64,000 nucleotides of DNA, taken from a virus. The notes below the pieces were generated by a model, which had not been told where the DNA came from, did not search any database, and saw nothing but the letters and a program-made list of their open reading frames with translations. Position 1 is the stretch's first letter, and every line of letters begins with the position of its first letter. The position numbers and the translations under genes were made by a program. The stretch lies in the IMG/VR virus record IMGVR_UViG_3300004369_000012, positions 5,164-69,163 of that record. The stretch is one strand, 5' to 3'. This document shows positions 11,801 through 21,816 of this stretch, piece after piece.

Positions 11801-12231
11801 TCATTCCCTTCGATTCTCCAATCCGTGATGGATCATTGGGGAATCTCACTAGATCTGGTATTGCAACTCATGATTACTTTATTTTGTCCAGAACTAACGT
11901 TGGTGCTGGTGTAACTGCTCTTGATCGTGATGATGCGGTTATCGGTATTTCTACAGAAAATCTTGATGGCGTCTTCCAAGTTGCTCATTATGAGTATATA
12001 ACGGCAGGTGCTATTTCAACTGTCAGAGTACATACAAAAGTTGCTACGGATCATGGTGTAAATACATCGGGGATGACATCTGGTATTGGTACAAGTTTTG
12101 GTGAATTTTCTTGGGCGAAGTTCCAAGTTTCCAGACCTACTAATGGTAAACAGTTTAATGTTAACACAAACAACGGATTGACTGGTCTCTCTACTGCACC
12201 CTCCATTATAAGATCGCACGTATTGCCATGA
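8845..12231 (+). CDS. Large virion structural protein, baseplate/tail associated (1128 aa)
   Basis: Beta-rich G/T/S/V composition, repeated GxGY..P motifs and LDD(I/L)SxxF(T/D)G domains typical of cyanophage structural proteins between g7 and g8. Confidence 0.7.
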   Translation: MAGFELRSTNKKFNALGDNVNYSFKLKHEGFPVFRKEFDASNSDVVDVTENTIKIPQHYMVTGEELIYSANLPTSGNEIRIDSSSPGVGGTDFLPSSVFAIKVAENKIRVAAGRTYALNDDYITFTSVGIGTTHTLKSIKENTRSIISLDGVVQSPITDSAHTTTAYYISNTEVDLDDVSNIKPNGLIRIGDEILRVRTIGYANSENKLLVDRAWVNTTRLNHSVPITATLLNGNYNIDGDVLTFSDLPVGWQGAQIGIKSDFFDAATSSFTFKNDAFQQGTGVKLLSGFPPQPLENNTDYFLIRNYQNNFGFTTDRGDALAGINTIQLANVGVGTHVLIVDGEFPSESKFNGRFFIRSDYTTNLLIDDISGQFTGAATTFSIKSNGINTVGMATDNGIILINNIFQRPTIDYDFDEVGAATSITFTGAKNLAGTYITSHYEVNQNAVPRRGIIVSVASTPGTGYQPQYAGVGTAIVSGLGTVASVSIAYTGSGYRDNTYQIQFNSKSGLGTGAEGTFTVVDGYIDASSVIITSPGTGYTWANGKEPEPVFQFPLPYDDMSLEGSLTGIGASVVATVGIGSSVNDFKLGNLGYNYRVGDELTIVGMKTDSNAGADFIPFKLTVTDVQDDTFTGWTPGKLKLLDDLSSEFDGGSRIFTLKETTAGVQRVYNIEKEPGSSVELDSHLVIFLNDVLQEPGVSYEFNGGNELIFSEAPVEGSEMQIFVYIGTDADVEERTEPQTIKPGDTVVIEKSTDKTLPVTQDERYISGIEDTVTLNTPLYAGVGISSVTNPLRPINWYKQQNDAIVGGEIISKARDIYKARINPTTRIIQTVGTTTSHLYAQNADLLFEKVEQPDISEFDIKIIDSEFVTRQAAIGTATISGFGTVASITLSNPGAGFWKAPTVVIAGPGIGTTAIVTAGVSAAGTVTDFVFTNPGAGYTFSDAPVVFIDAPPARIETRRGVAVSGDFGIITGVGTTATGLQLDFFIPFDSPIRDGSLGNLTRSGIATHDYFILSRTNVGAGVTALDRDDAVIGISTENLDGVFQVAHYEYITAGAISTVRVHTKVATDHGVNTSGMTSGIGTSFGEFSWAKFQVSRPTNGKQFNVNTNNGLTGLSTAPSIIRSHVLP

Positions 12232-12905
12232 ATTTTAAGATGACGGATCTCATTTATAGAGTTCCGAAATTTTTGTCAAAAGATGAATGTCAGTTTCTTA
12301 TAGAGGAGTATGAATCTAGGGCAAGTGAAAGTGATTTAGAGCATTGCCCAGATTCTACTACAGGTATAGATACTTATTCAACGTTTAGTAGAGTAGTACT
12401 ACAACTTGGTACTGAAGCAGGTGATTTGATGTTCAGGAAGACTGAACAAGCAGTAAATCAATATCTAGATTACCTAGATCGATTTGGTGCTTTTCATATG
12501 ACAGGTTTGAGGGAATCATTGATGTATTCCCACGTTTATAGACTACTTAAATATAGTGTTGGGGGTAAAATTCACCCACATACAGATCATGATGCTTTTG
12601 GTTACGGAAGCGTAACATTTAATCTAAATGAAGAGTATACTGGCGGGGTTTTTAAGTTTTTTAATGGTCAACATAGCGTCCGATTAAAGCGTGGCGAGAT
12701 GATGATATGGCCAGCAGATTATTTCTGGGTTCATGAAGTTACCCCAATTAAAAGTGGTGTTAGATATAGCACTAATAGTTTCTTACTTTCCATTCCTGTA
12801 GAAGTACGTGACGATATTTGTGCGAATATTAATGACTATACCAATAGATGGTTTGAACACCACGGTAAGGTAAAACCAGACCCTTACGCAATCAACCCTA
12901 AATAG
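12228..12905 (+). CDS. 2OG-Fe(II) oxygenase (prolyl-4-hydroxylase-like)
   Basis: HTD motif (HPHTDH), LNEEYTGG, WVHEVTPIKSGVRYS (distal His plus RxS). Confidence 0.85.
   Translation: MNFKMTDLIYRVPKFLSKDECQFLIEEYESRASESDLEHCPDSTTGIDTYSTFSRVVLQLGTEAGDLMFRKTEQAVNQYLDYLDRFGAFHMTGLRESLMYSHVYRLLKYSVGGKIHPHTDHDAFGYGSVTFNLNEEYTGGVFKFFNGQHSVRLKRGEMMIWPADYFWVHEVTPIKSGVRYSTNSFLLSIPVEVRDDICANINDYTNRWFEHHGKVKPDPYAINPK
12899..12904 (+). promoter_or_regulatory. Late promoter (TAAATA) for g8
   Basis: CTAAATA overlapping the end of the oxygenase ORF, about 20 nt before the g8 ATG. Confidence 0.6.
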
Positions 12906-12923
12906 AAAAAAAATTGTCTAAAA

Positions 12924-14450
12924 ATGCCCGCAATAATTACTGACCAAATTAAAATTTTGAACTGTGCAAATTTTGTCAGTGGCGTTTCGACTTCTGACAA
13001 TAGTTACTATGTTTTTGTTGGTTTGCCAGATGCCACGGCAACCGATGGTGACTGGAATAGTAATACTCCTTCCCCAATTGATAACTTTGATAATTACAAC
13101 AATATCTTTGATAATTGTCTTGCTGCTAAAAAATTGACGCCCTCTGACGTAAAAAGGGTTGTCAGAAAACTTGATTGGTCTTCAGGCAGTATCTATGAGA
13201 TGTATCGTCATGATTACAGTGTAACGAATTTGTCTCCCCAGACCAGTTCAACCAATTTGTACAGTGCAAACTATTATGTTGTAAACTCCGACTTTAGAGT
13301 TTATGAGTGTCTTTATAATGGTGCTTCGCCCGCAAACAGTGGGAATGGTACTTTCTCCACTGAAGAACCAGTTCACACCGATCTAGAACCAAGACTAGAA
13401 TCTGACGGTTATATTTGGAAATATCTTTATACTATTAGTCCTAGCGATATTATCAAATTTGATAGCGTTGATTATGTTCCAGTTCCTGAAAACTGGGGAT
13501 CTACAACGGCAACTGGATCTGATGTCAAAAATGCTTCTGTAGATGGTAAAATTAGTGTCATTACAATTAATGACACATCTGCTGCTTCTTATCAATTTAG
13601 TGGTCTAAAGGAAAACGTACCTGTTAAAGGTGATGGTTTTGGTGCCACCGCAGCGGTATTTTTCACCAACGGTAAACCCACAAGTGTTACTGTTACTAAC
13701 GGTGGTTCTGGATATACCTTTGCAACACTTGATCTTGATAGCGTTGTGACTGGTAGTGGTGCCGTGTTTGATGTCATCATCCCACCCCCTGGTGGTCACG
13801 GTTATGACGTTTACAGAGAACTTGGTGCTTTCAGAGCACTTCTCTATGCACGACTTGAAAATACCGATGCATCGAACCCCGACTTTTTTGTAGGGAACCA
13901 ATTCGCACAAATCGGTATTCTGAAGAACCCCACACAACCAGGTTCTAATACAATTCAGACACAATCCACCCTAAACACTACATATGCACTCAGATTAACT
14001 GGTGCAACTTCTGAAAATCTATCAGTTCAGATTGATGGTGATCTTACCCAAACTATTGGTGTTGGATCAACTGCAATCGGTAAGATTGTTAATTATGATA
14101 GCACCACCAAAATTCTATCATACTGGCAAGATAGGGATGTTGCAACTGGAACACCCACCTATGGATACACACTAAATAGATTTACTAGCACTCCTGGTAG
14201 CGGGGGTTCTACAAACGTTACAGTTACAACAACTACAGGTACTGCGTCTGTTGGTATTGAAACTACGTTTACTGGACTATCCACAACTGTCAACTCTCGT
14301 GTTTATTATTTTGGTAGAACCGTAACTAATGGTCTTGCCTCTCCTGAATTTAAAAAATACTCAGGTGACATTGTTTACATTGATAACAGAGCGGAAATTA
14401 CCAGGTCGCAAAACCAACGAGAAGATATCAAGATTGTTTTAGAGTTCTAA
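12924..14450 (+). CDS. g8: Baseplate wedge subunit gp8
   Basis: MPAIITDQ start, YYVVNSDFRVYECLYNG, DGYIWKYLYTI, C-terminal YIDNR...QREDIKIVLEF. Confidence 0.9.
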   Translation: MPAIITDQIKILNCANFVSGVSTSDNSYYVFVGLPDATATDGDWNSNTPSPIDNFDNYNNIFDNCLAAKKLTPSDVKRVVRKLDWSSGSIYEMYRHDYSVTNLSPQTSSTNLYSANYYVVNSDFRVYECLYNGASPANSGNGTFSTEEPVHTDLEPRLESDGYIWKYLYTISPSDIIKFDSVDYVPVPENWGSTTATGSDVKNASVDGKISVITINDTSAASYQFSGLKENVPVKGDGFGATAAVFFTNGKPTSVTVTNGGSGYTFATLDLDSVVTGSGAVFDVIIPPPGGHGYDVYRELGAFRALLYARLENTDASNPDFFVGNQFAQIGILKNPTQPGSNTIQTQSTLNTTYALRLTGATSENLSVQIDGDLTQTIGVGSTAIGKIVNYDSTTKILSYWQDRDVATGTPTYGYTLNRFTSTPGSGGSTNVTVTTTTGTASVGIETTFTGLSTTVNSRVYYFGRTVTNGLASPEFKKYSGDIVYIDNRAEITRSQNQREDIKIVLEF

Positions 14451-14454
14451 TACG

Positions 14455-17400
14455 ATGCCCCAGAACACCAACTTCAACATCACACCATATTATGATGATT
14501 TTGACTCCTCAAAGAACTATTTCCAAGTTCTTTTTAAGGCAGGCACCCCAGTTCAAGCGCGAGAACTAAACAATCTACAATCGATCCTTCAGGATCAAGT
14601 AGAAAAGTTTGGTAAGCACATCTTCAAGGAAGGATCTGTTGTCCTACCTGGATCTGTCGCGTATGATAATTCTTACACATCAGTAGTTGTAAATTCAACG
14701 TTTTTTGGGGCAGACGTTGAATCCTACTATATGGGACTTGTCGGTAGGGAGATTAGAGGTAAAACATCAGGTATTACCGCAATCGTAAAGGCAGTTCTTT
14801 CCTCTAATGACCCCACAACAAAGGGTACTACACTATTCATCAAATATAGAAAGTCTGCTACAGATTTTACATCTAGTGTATTTCTAGATGGTGAGACACT
14901 AATCACGAATGAACAGTTCACTGAGAACTTTACTACATTTACAGTTGGCACTGAAGTTGCTTCCTGTATTACCGCTGAAGCGACTTCGATTGGTTCTGCC
15001 GTCACTGTAGATGAGGGTGTTTTCTTTGTAAGGGGGTATTTTGTCAGTGTACCTTCTACAACACTTGTACTAGATCCTTATGCAAATGATACCTCGTACA
15101 GAGTTGGTTTCTTTGTAACCGAAGAGATTGTTACTGCGATTGATGATAACACTCTGTATGATAACGCTCAAGGATTTAATAACTATACTGCTCCTGGCGC
15201 AGATAGATTCAAACTTTCTTTGGGTCTAATTAAAAAAGAGATTGACGATTATAGAGACGAAAATTTCATTGAACTAGTCACCATTAGAAATGGTGAGGTA
15301 ATAAAACTCAATAACAAGACTCAATATAGCATCATTTCTGATGAACTAGCAAGAAGAACTTATGATGAGTCTGGAAATTACTATATTAATAAGTTCCAGG
15401 TTAATCCTAAAGAATCTCTAAACAATAGATACGATAATTTTGGCGTATTTTTCCCAGAAGAGACTACAATCCAAGGAAATACACCATCCGAAGACCTGAT
15501 GCTAGCACAGGTCAGTCCTGGCAAAGCATATATCAAAGGTTATGAAACTGAATTGGTAGGTAACCAATTTGTTGACATTGAAAAACCAAGAACCACAAGA
15601 ACAGTAAAGAGTGCTGCCATTCCTTTTGAGACAGGGAATATTTTCCGTGTTAATAATGTTTATGGTGCTGCCTCTGTTGGTATCGGTACAACTCTTACCG
15701 TAGATCTGCGCGACGAAAGACTAGGCACCGATCAAGATGGTACTCCTGGTTTTAGCATCGGTGTTGCTAGAGTTTATGATTATAAACTTCAAAATGCCGC
15801 TTATGCAGATGATGCTTCCGTATTTGAACTAGCATTGTTTGATGTTCAGACATTTACTGATCTTACACTAAATCAAGAGTTGGTAATTGATGCTCCTGCA
15901 CTTATTCAAGGTAAAAACAGCGGTGCTAGGGGTTTCCTAAGGTCTAGAAATGGGGCAATACTAACTCTACAGGACACTGTAGGAACTTTCCTTGCCGATG
16001 AGCAGATCATTGTCAATGGTGTCAATAATGGTAGGGTTATTAGCACTGTCATCGCACATAGTCTAACAGATGCCAAATCTATCAGATCCGAATCTGGTAT
16101 CACTACATTTGCTGCTGATTTTAGACTGAGCACACTTCATTCTTTCGGAGCACAAGCATTTAATATTACTCCAGGATCTGGTGCATCTGCAATCTCCACA
16201 ATTACCAGTCAGAATAATGGTTGGCAATTAAATGCCAAAGTTGGCGATATTATTGCATATACTAATGTTGGCATTTCTTCAATCATTTACAATAGAGTTA
16301 CTGCAGTTGCAACAAATAATGTTACTGTTGAAGCAACAACCAGTGTCATTGGTGTTTCTCATGGTGGTCTTCCTGCATCAAGTGCAACTCTAAGCGGACT
16401 TTCGGTTGTAGGTTTGAGAGTCGTAAGTCCTAATTCTGGATATTTGTACTCTGCAATGCCAAATGAGTATATTTCCAATGTTGATCTCACCAACTCAGAT
16501 CTATTCATTAGAAAAGAATATACAAATGAAACAGTCGCTGATAGCACCCTAAATCTAGATTCTTTGACTGGTTCTGATTTTGTATATGCACCATTCGATG
16601 AAGAAAGATATGTTATTTCGTATGCTGATGGAACTGTAGAACCTCTTACAAGCGATCAGATGAGGATCGTTGGTGCAGGTAAATCCGTAGTATTTGATGG
16701 TCTAAGCAAATCATCTGCATCGAATGTAAAGGTAATTACTACACAGCAAACCAGCAAGATTAGTCATAAAGGCAAATTGCTGAATAAGTGCTCTTCTATT
16801 ACTGTTTCGGGTTCTAGAGATCAATCCTCTGGTGTCACAACTGCAACTCAGGATGGTCTAACTTATAATACGATTTATGGTACTAGAGTTCAAGATAGAG
16901 AGATCTCTCTAAATCTTCCTGATATTGTAAGAGTTCACGCAGTATTTGAGTCTTCTACAACTTCTGCACCCACAATTCCTTCCATCACTTTCTCTTCTTT
17001 TGATGGACCATCTAGCAATAATGCTGATACAATTGTCGGTGAGGCATTTGTTGGTGAGACATCTGGCGCTTCTGGCATCATTCTAGAGAAGGATGGTACA
17101 ACAACTCTGCGTTATATTGGTAAAAATCAGGAATCCTTTGAAGTTGCTGAAAGAGTTAAGTTCCAACAATCTGGCGTTCATGCAATCATTTCTTCTATTA
17201 ATGCAGGTGATCAAAATATTGCAGATGACTTCAACCTAGACAATGGTCAGAGACTAGAGTTCTATGATTTTGGTAGACTAGTTCGTAAGAATGCTGCTCC
17301 TGCCCCATCTAGACAGATCAGAGTATTCTTTGATAACTACACTGTTGATTCTGGTGATACTGGCGCATTCTTTACGAAGAATTCTTACGAACAAACCAGT

Positions 17401-20400
17401 TATTCTAAGGATGTTCCATCCTTCGGCGGACGTAGAAATACTGATGTTATTGATCTAAGACCTAGGGTTTCTGCATATACTGGTAACAACTCCCCCTTTG
17501 AGTTTACCTCAAGAAACTTTGCTGGCAGTGGTCAATCTGTAGCAAACGTGGTTGTTTCTGGTGAAAACATTACCTTTGATTATAGTCACTATCTTGGAAG
17601 AGTTGATAAGATTGCTCTAAATCCAGATGCATCGATTAGTGTAACTAAGGGTATTCCTTCTCTAAATCCTATCGCTCCCCAAGGTAGTGGTGATGCTTCA
17701 TTTGAAATGGGCACTATCCAATACAAACCTTATGTCTTCAATGCAGAAGATGATGTAACCATCACGCTGACTGACTTCAGAAGATACACGATGTCTGACA
17801 TCGGTAAACTAGATCAGCGAATTGAGAATCTTGAGTTCTACACAAGTCTAAATCTCCTTGAAATTAATACTGCAAATCTTCTAATTGAAGATCCCGAAAC
17901 TGGTTTGAACAGATTCAAATCTGGTTTCTTGGTTGATAATTTTGGGACATTTGATGTTGCTGATGCAACAATTCCTGCAATTAAGTATGACATTGATAAT
18001 AATGTCATGAGTGCAAGCACTGATGATGATACTGTAAATCTACTAATCGGTTCTGAATCGATTATTGGTCTAAATCAAAATGCTGATGGTTCTGTTGATG
18101 CAGATTATGTAACTGACCTTCAATCTGAAAACATCAGAAAAAATAAAAATATTGTTACCCTAGATTATAGTGAGGTAACTCACACAAATCAACCCTTTGC
18201 TAGTAAACTAGTCAACGTTAACCCATATGATGTTGTAACTTGGTCTGGTAGAATGTCCTTGAGTCCTTCTCAGGATAATTGGACTGTTAGAGAATTTAGA
18301 ACTATTGATGGTGGTTGGGGCAACAGTGAAACTATCGTTACATCTCAGAGAATCGATAGACTAAGATCACAAAATATTGGTATTACGGCAACCAGACTGA
18401 AACCCAGAACCAACTTCTTTGCAAGTTTTGGTGATGTTGACATGTCTGATACTAGAAAGTTTACCATACCCAAACTTCTAGAAGTTACTCCCGTACTTGG
18501 TACTTTCCAGACAGGTGAAACAGTGGTTGGTGTTATGCCATCCACAAATGGTTCGCAGTCTAGTGTCAGAGTAAGATTTAGACTTGCACAAGCAGATCAT
18601 AAGAGTGGTCCATATAATGGACCCACACTAACATTCTCCAGTAATCCATACGACGATAATGTTGGTCTGTCTTCACAGTACAGCGAAACTACTACGGTTT
18701 TGAATATCGATACCGCAAGTTTCAACATGAAGGCGGATGAGAGATTCTATGGTTTTGTTAGAAAGGGTATGAAACTGGTTGGGGAAACCAGTGGAGCAGA
18801 AGCAACTATCTCTGATGTTCGTCTGATCTCTGATGATAATGGTGCTCTTCTAGCATCTATGCATATTCCCAGCAGCAATCCATCTTTCAACAATGGTACA
18901 AACATTGTTAAGTTCTCTGCTGAAAAACTATCTTATGAACCTCTACCTGGTATATTTGTAAGTAATGCTGAGGCACCTTTCGACTCTTCTGCACAGAGAG
19001 TTATCACAACAAGAATTAACAGACGCCAACGTCCCAGACCTGTTGATCCTCTAGCACAAACTTTCTTTGTTGAGGATGTGAATGGTGTATTCTACACCTC
19101 TATGGATGTATTCTTTGGAACTAAGAGTACCAGTGTTCCTATTCAACTAGAAATTGTTCTGGTTGAGAATGGAATTCCAAGTACAACTACAGTTCCAGGT
19201 TCTGTTGTAACTCTAGAACCATCACAAGTTACTACTTCCACAAATGCCTCTACGGCAACAACATTTACATTTGATGCTCCTGTTTTCTTAGAACCTGGTG
19301 AATATGCATTTGTCCTCAAGGCAGATACTGATGCATACAATGTTTGGGTGTCTGAAGTTGGTTCTGAGGATATTTCCACTAAGGATCTACCTGAACTGGA
19401 GAAAGTTATCATTAACAAGCAACCTTCTCTAGGTTCTCTGTTCAAGTCTCAAAATGCTTCTACTTGGACTCCTGCCCAACTTGAGGATATTAAGTATGTT
19501 GCTAAGAAAGCAAAGTTTGTCACCAATCTTGGCACACTAAGACTTTATAATCCCAAACTGGAGACATTTGGCGCTCGCAATGCTCTTGCTGCTAACGCAG
19601 TTGAAGTTCTACCTCAAAAGGTAACTGTTGGTCTTTCTTCCGATCTCAATAACGGATCTGTCGTTGTTGGTTCTGAAATTCGACAGGATAATGCAACTGG
19701 TAAGGGTATTATCGAATCCCTACAAGGTGCTCTTGATCTATATGATGCTGGTCTAACCATCACAAATGCTGGTGTGGGGTATTCTAATGGAACATTCCAA
19801 AATGTAACTCTCAGCGCCCTAACTGGTATTGGTCAAGATGCAGTTGGTATCATTACTGTCACAAGTGGAACCATTGATTCTATTTGCGTTACTGATAGTG
19901 GTTCTGGTTATAGTGTTGGTGATACTCTAACAGCAACTTTAGGTGATAATAACCTTGGTAGAAATCTAGTTTTCACTGTTGGAGTTACCACTAATACCAA
20001 CGCATTTGTTCTAACAAATGTTACTGGTACTTTCAATGAGACTGACCCCATCCAGTATACCGTTGCTGGTGTTGGTTCCACCATGCCAGGAAGAATTCCT
20101 GATAGAATCAGTGTCAACTCTGGTGCAAACGACGGTAAGCACTTTAGGGTAACCCATCCTGCTCATGGTATGCAAGCAGCAAATAATAGGGTTAAGATCA
20201 GTGGTCTAGTTGGAGATACAATTCCCACTAAACTTACTGTTGGTTATGCCTCCACAACTCTAGAGAATATTAGTGTTGCAAGCACTGCAAACTTCAACAT
20301 GTTTGAAGGATCTCAGGTCAATGCGGGTAATCCTGGTTATTTGCTGATCGGTGATGAAGTAATTTCTTATACGGGTGTTTCTGGATCTGAAATTACAGGC

Positions 20401-21429
20401 ATTTCCACTAGAGGTGTTGATTCTACTCTATCTAGATCTTATGCTGTTGGTGAACTAGTACACAAGTATGAGTTTGCTGGTGTTAATCTTAGAAAAGTTA
20501 ACACTGAGCATAGTTTCGCTAATGTCAGCACAAATATTGAAAATCGTATCACCAATGATCAATATTATGTTAAGATTATGGGCACTCAAAACTTCACCAG
20601 TAATAAGCATGGCGGTGGTGTAGAGGCAAGGGCAACCAAGAACGTAAAATTTGATGCTATTGAACCAATTCTAGATACAACTATTCCAAACTCTACAAGT
20701 TTTGGTGGAAGAATCAGAACTATTTCTGCAACCAGCGTAGACGGTTCTGAAGTTTCGTTTGTTGATCAAGGATATCAGGAGATCGCTGTTGAGGGAACCA
20801 CAAGATTCTCTACTCCTAGAATGATTGCTTCTAAGATCAATGAAGATGCAAGACTAGCAGGTATGCCCGCTAATAAATCTCTAACTGTTGAATTGAACTT
20901 CTCTACTACCGACGAGAATGTTTCCCCAATGCTAGATTTGTCTTCTGCATCTCTACTTACACACTCCAATAAGATCAACAATCCAGTTTCTAACTATATT
21001 ACTGATAGTAGAACAAATACTGTTAATGAAGATCCTCATGAGTATGTTTACATGACTAAAGTTGTGTCTCTTGAGAATCCTGCGTCTGCTTTGAAAGTTC
21101 TGCTTGCTGCTGATCGTCCCGCATCTTCTGATATTAGAGTCCTATATAGATTATTCAGAACAGACAATCCTGAAATTGAAAGAGTCTTTGAACTCTTCCC
21201 TGGTTATGACAACCTAGATGCAAGTGGTCAAGTCATTGATACCAATTTAAATAGTGGTCGCTCTGACAGACAAGTAGTTGCAAGTCAAGATGGTCAATTT
21301 ATTGATTACGTCTTTACCGCTAACAACCTACCACAATTCACTGGATATCAGATCAAGGTCGTAAGTTCTACAAGCAATCAAGCACTATCTCCCAGAATTA
21401 AAGACTTTAGATCTATCGCACTAGCATGA
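14455..21429 (+). CDS. Large virion structural protein, VrlC/DUF4815-type (2324 aa)
   Basis: PYYDDFD..KNYFQVLFK.G.PVQARELN.LQS, APGADRFK, LARRTYDESGNY, RFKSGFLVDNF, DPLAQTF, C-terminal PRIKDFRSIALA. Confidence 0.85.
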   Translation: MPQNTNFNITPYYDDFDSSKNYFQVLFKAGTPVQARELNNLQSILQDQVEKFGKHIFKEGSVVLPGSVAYDNSYTSVVVNSTFFGADVESYYMGLVGREIRGKTSGITAIVKAVLSSNDPTTKGTTLFIKYRKSATDFTSSVFLDGETLITNEQFTENFTTFTVGTEVASCITAEATSIGSAVTVDEGVFFVRGYFVSVPSTTLVLDPYANDTSYRVGFFVTEEIVTAIDDNTLYDNAQGFNNYTAPGADRFKLSLGLIKKEIDDYRDENFIELVTIRNGEVIKLNNKTQYSIISDELARRTYDESGNYYINKFQVNPKESLNNRYDNFGVFFPEETTIQGNTPSEDLMLAQVSPGKAYIKGYETELVGNQFVDIEKPRTTRTVKSAAIPFETGNIFRVNNVYGAASVGIGTTLTVDLRDERLGTDQDGTPGFSIGVARVYDYKLQNAAYADDASVFELALFDVQTFTDLTLNQELVIDAPALIQGKNSGARGFLRSRNGAILTLQDTVGTFLADEQIIVNGVNNGRVISTVIAHSLTDAKSIRSESGITTFAADFRLSTLHSFGAQAFNITPGSGASAISTITSQNNGWQLNAKVGDIIAYTNVGISSIIYNRVTAVATNNVTVEATTSVIGVSHGGLPASSATLSGLSVVGLRVVSPNSGYLYSAMPNEYISNVDLTNSDLFIRKEYTNETVADSTLNLDSLTGSDFVYAPFDEERYVISYADGTVEPLTSDQMRIVGAGKSVVFDGLSKSSASNVKVITTQQTSKISHKGKLLNKCSSITVSGSRDQSSGVTTATQDGLTYNTIYGTRVQDREISLNLPDIVRVHAVFESSTTSAPTIPSITFSSFDGPSSNNADTIVGEAFVGETSGASGIILEKDGTTTLRYIGKNQESFEVAERVKFQQSGVHAIISSINAGDQNIADDFNLDNGQRLEFYDFGRLVRKNAAPAPSRQIRVFFDNYTVDSGDTGAFFTKNSYEQTSYSKDVPSFGGRRNTDVIDLRPRVSAYTGNNSPFEFTSRNFAGSGQSVANVVVSGENITFDYSHYLGRVDKIALNPDASISVTKGIPSLNPIAPQGSGDASFEMGTIQYKPYVFNAEDDVTITLTDFRRYTMSDIGKLDQRIENLEFYTSLNLLEINTANLLIEDPETGLNRFKSGFLVDNFGTFDVADATIPAIKYDIDNNVMSASTDDDTVNLLIGSESIIGLNQNADGSVDADYVTDLQSENIRKNKNIVTLDYSEVTHTNQPFASKLVNVNPYDVVTWSGRMSLSPSQDNWTVREFRTIDGGWGNSETIVTSQRIDRLRSQNIGITATRLKPRTNFFASFGDVDMSDTRKFTIPKLLEVTPVLGTFQTGETVVGVMPSTNGSQSSVRVRFRLAQADHKSGPYNGPTLTFSSNPYDDNVGLSSQYSETTTVLNIDTASFNMKADERFYGFVRKGMKLVGETSGAEATISDVRLISDDNGALLASMHIPSSNPSFNNGTNIVKFSAEKLSYEPLPGIFVSNAEAPFDSSAQRVITTRINRRQRPRPVDPLAQTFFVEDVNGVFYTSMDVFFGTKSTSVPIQLEIVLVENGIPSTTTVPGSVVTLEPSQVTTSTNASTATTFTFDAPVFLEPGEYAFVLKADTDAYNVWVSEVGSEDISTKDLPELEKVIINKQPSLGSLFKSQNASTWTPAQLEDIKYVAKKAKFVTNLGTLRLYNPKLETFGARNALAANAVEVLPQKVTVGLSSDLNNGSVVVGSEIRQDNATGKGIIESLQGALDLYDAGLTITNAGVGYSNGTFQNVTLSALTGIGQDAVGIITVTSGTIDSICVTDSGSGYSVGDTLTATLGDNNLGRNLVFTVGVTTNTNAFVLTNVTGTFNETDPIQYTVAGVGSTMPGRIPDRISVNSGANDGKHFRVTHPAHGMQAANNRVKISGLVGDTIPTKLTVGYASTTLENISVASTANFNMFEGSQVNAGNPGYLLIGDEVISYTGVSGSEITGISTRGVDSTLSRSYAVGELVHKYEFAGVNLRKVNTEHSFANVSTNIENRITNDQYYVKIMGTQNFTSNKHGGGVEARATKNVKFDAIEPILDTTIPNSTSFGGRIRTISATSVDGSEVSFVDQGYQEIAVEGTTRFSTPRMIASKINEDARLAGMPANKSLTVELNFSTTDENVSPMLDLSSASLLTHSNKINNPVSNYITDSRTNTVNEDPHEYVYMTKVVSLENPASALKVLLAADRPASSDIRVLYRLFRTDNPEIERVFELFPGYDNLDASGQVIDTNLNSGRSDRQVVASQDGQFIDYVFTANNLPQFTGYQIKVVSSTSNQALSPRIKDFRSIALA

Positions 21430-21647
21430 TGAAGAAAGCAAAAGTTGAAGGTCACTCCAATCTTGAGAGAGACCTTCAAACAAACGCTATTATTGATACT
21501 GACAAACAAGCGTATCAACGGTATATTATGGATAGACAACAAAGACAGTATCAATCTCAAACGATTGAAAATTTGAAGTCTGAGTTGGATGAAATTAAGT
21601 CTTTACTAAAGGAGTTTATCAATGGATCCAAATCAAATATCACTTGA
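21426..21647 (+). CDS. Conserved cyanophage hypothetical protein (73 aa, coiled-coil C-terminus)
   Basis: KVEGHSNLERD..TNAII..D motif and LKSELDEIKSLLKE; ATGA overlap with the upstream gene. Confidence 0.75.
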   Translation: MMKKAKVEGHSNLERDLQTNAIIDTDKQAYQRYIMDRQQRQYQSQTIENLKSELDEIKSLLKEFINGSKSNIT

Positions 21648-21804
21648 TTCAATGTCAAAGTTGTTTGAATACGAACGACAGGCAAGAATGATTGATGAAT
21701 GCACTGATGTAAAGCAATTGCAAAATATTTGTAAATCCTTTGCTAAACTTTATTTTAAGCAGCAAGAGGTGATGACCTTGATTGGTCTTCCGCTAAATAG
21801 TTAA
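21622..21804 (+). CDS. Small helical protein, NblA-like candidate (60 aa)
   Basis: GGAG RBS upstream; P..I.L...FE..R...Q...L pattern and size resemble phycobilisome degradation adaptor NblA. The ORF is likely real; the function is tentative. Confidence 0.5.
   Translation: MDPNQISLDSMSKLFEYERQARMIDECTDVKQLQNICKSFAKLYFKQQEVMTLIGLPLNS
21794..21799 (+). promoter_or_regulatory. Late promoter (TAAATA)
   Basis: CTAAATA about 18 nt before the ATG at 21817. Confidence 0.6.
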
Positions 21805-21816
21805 AAATATTAAACC

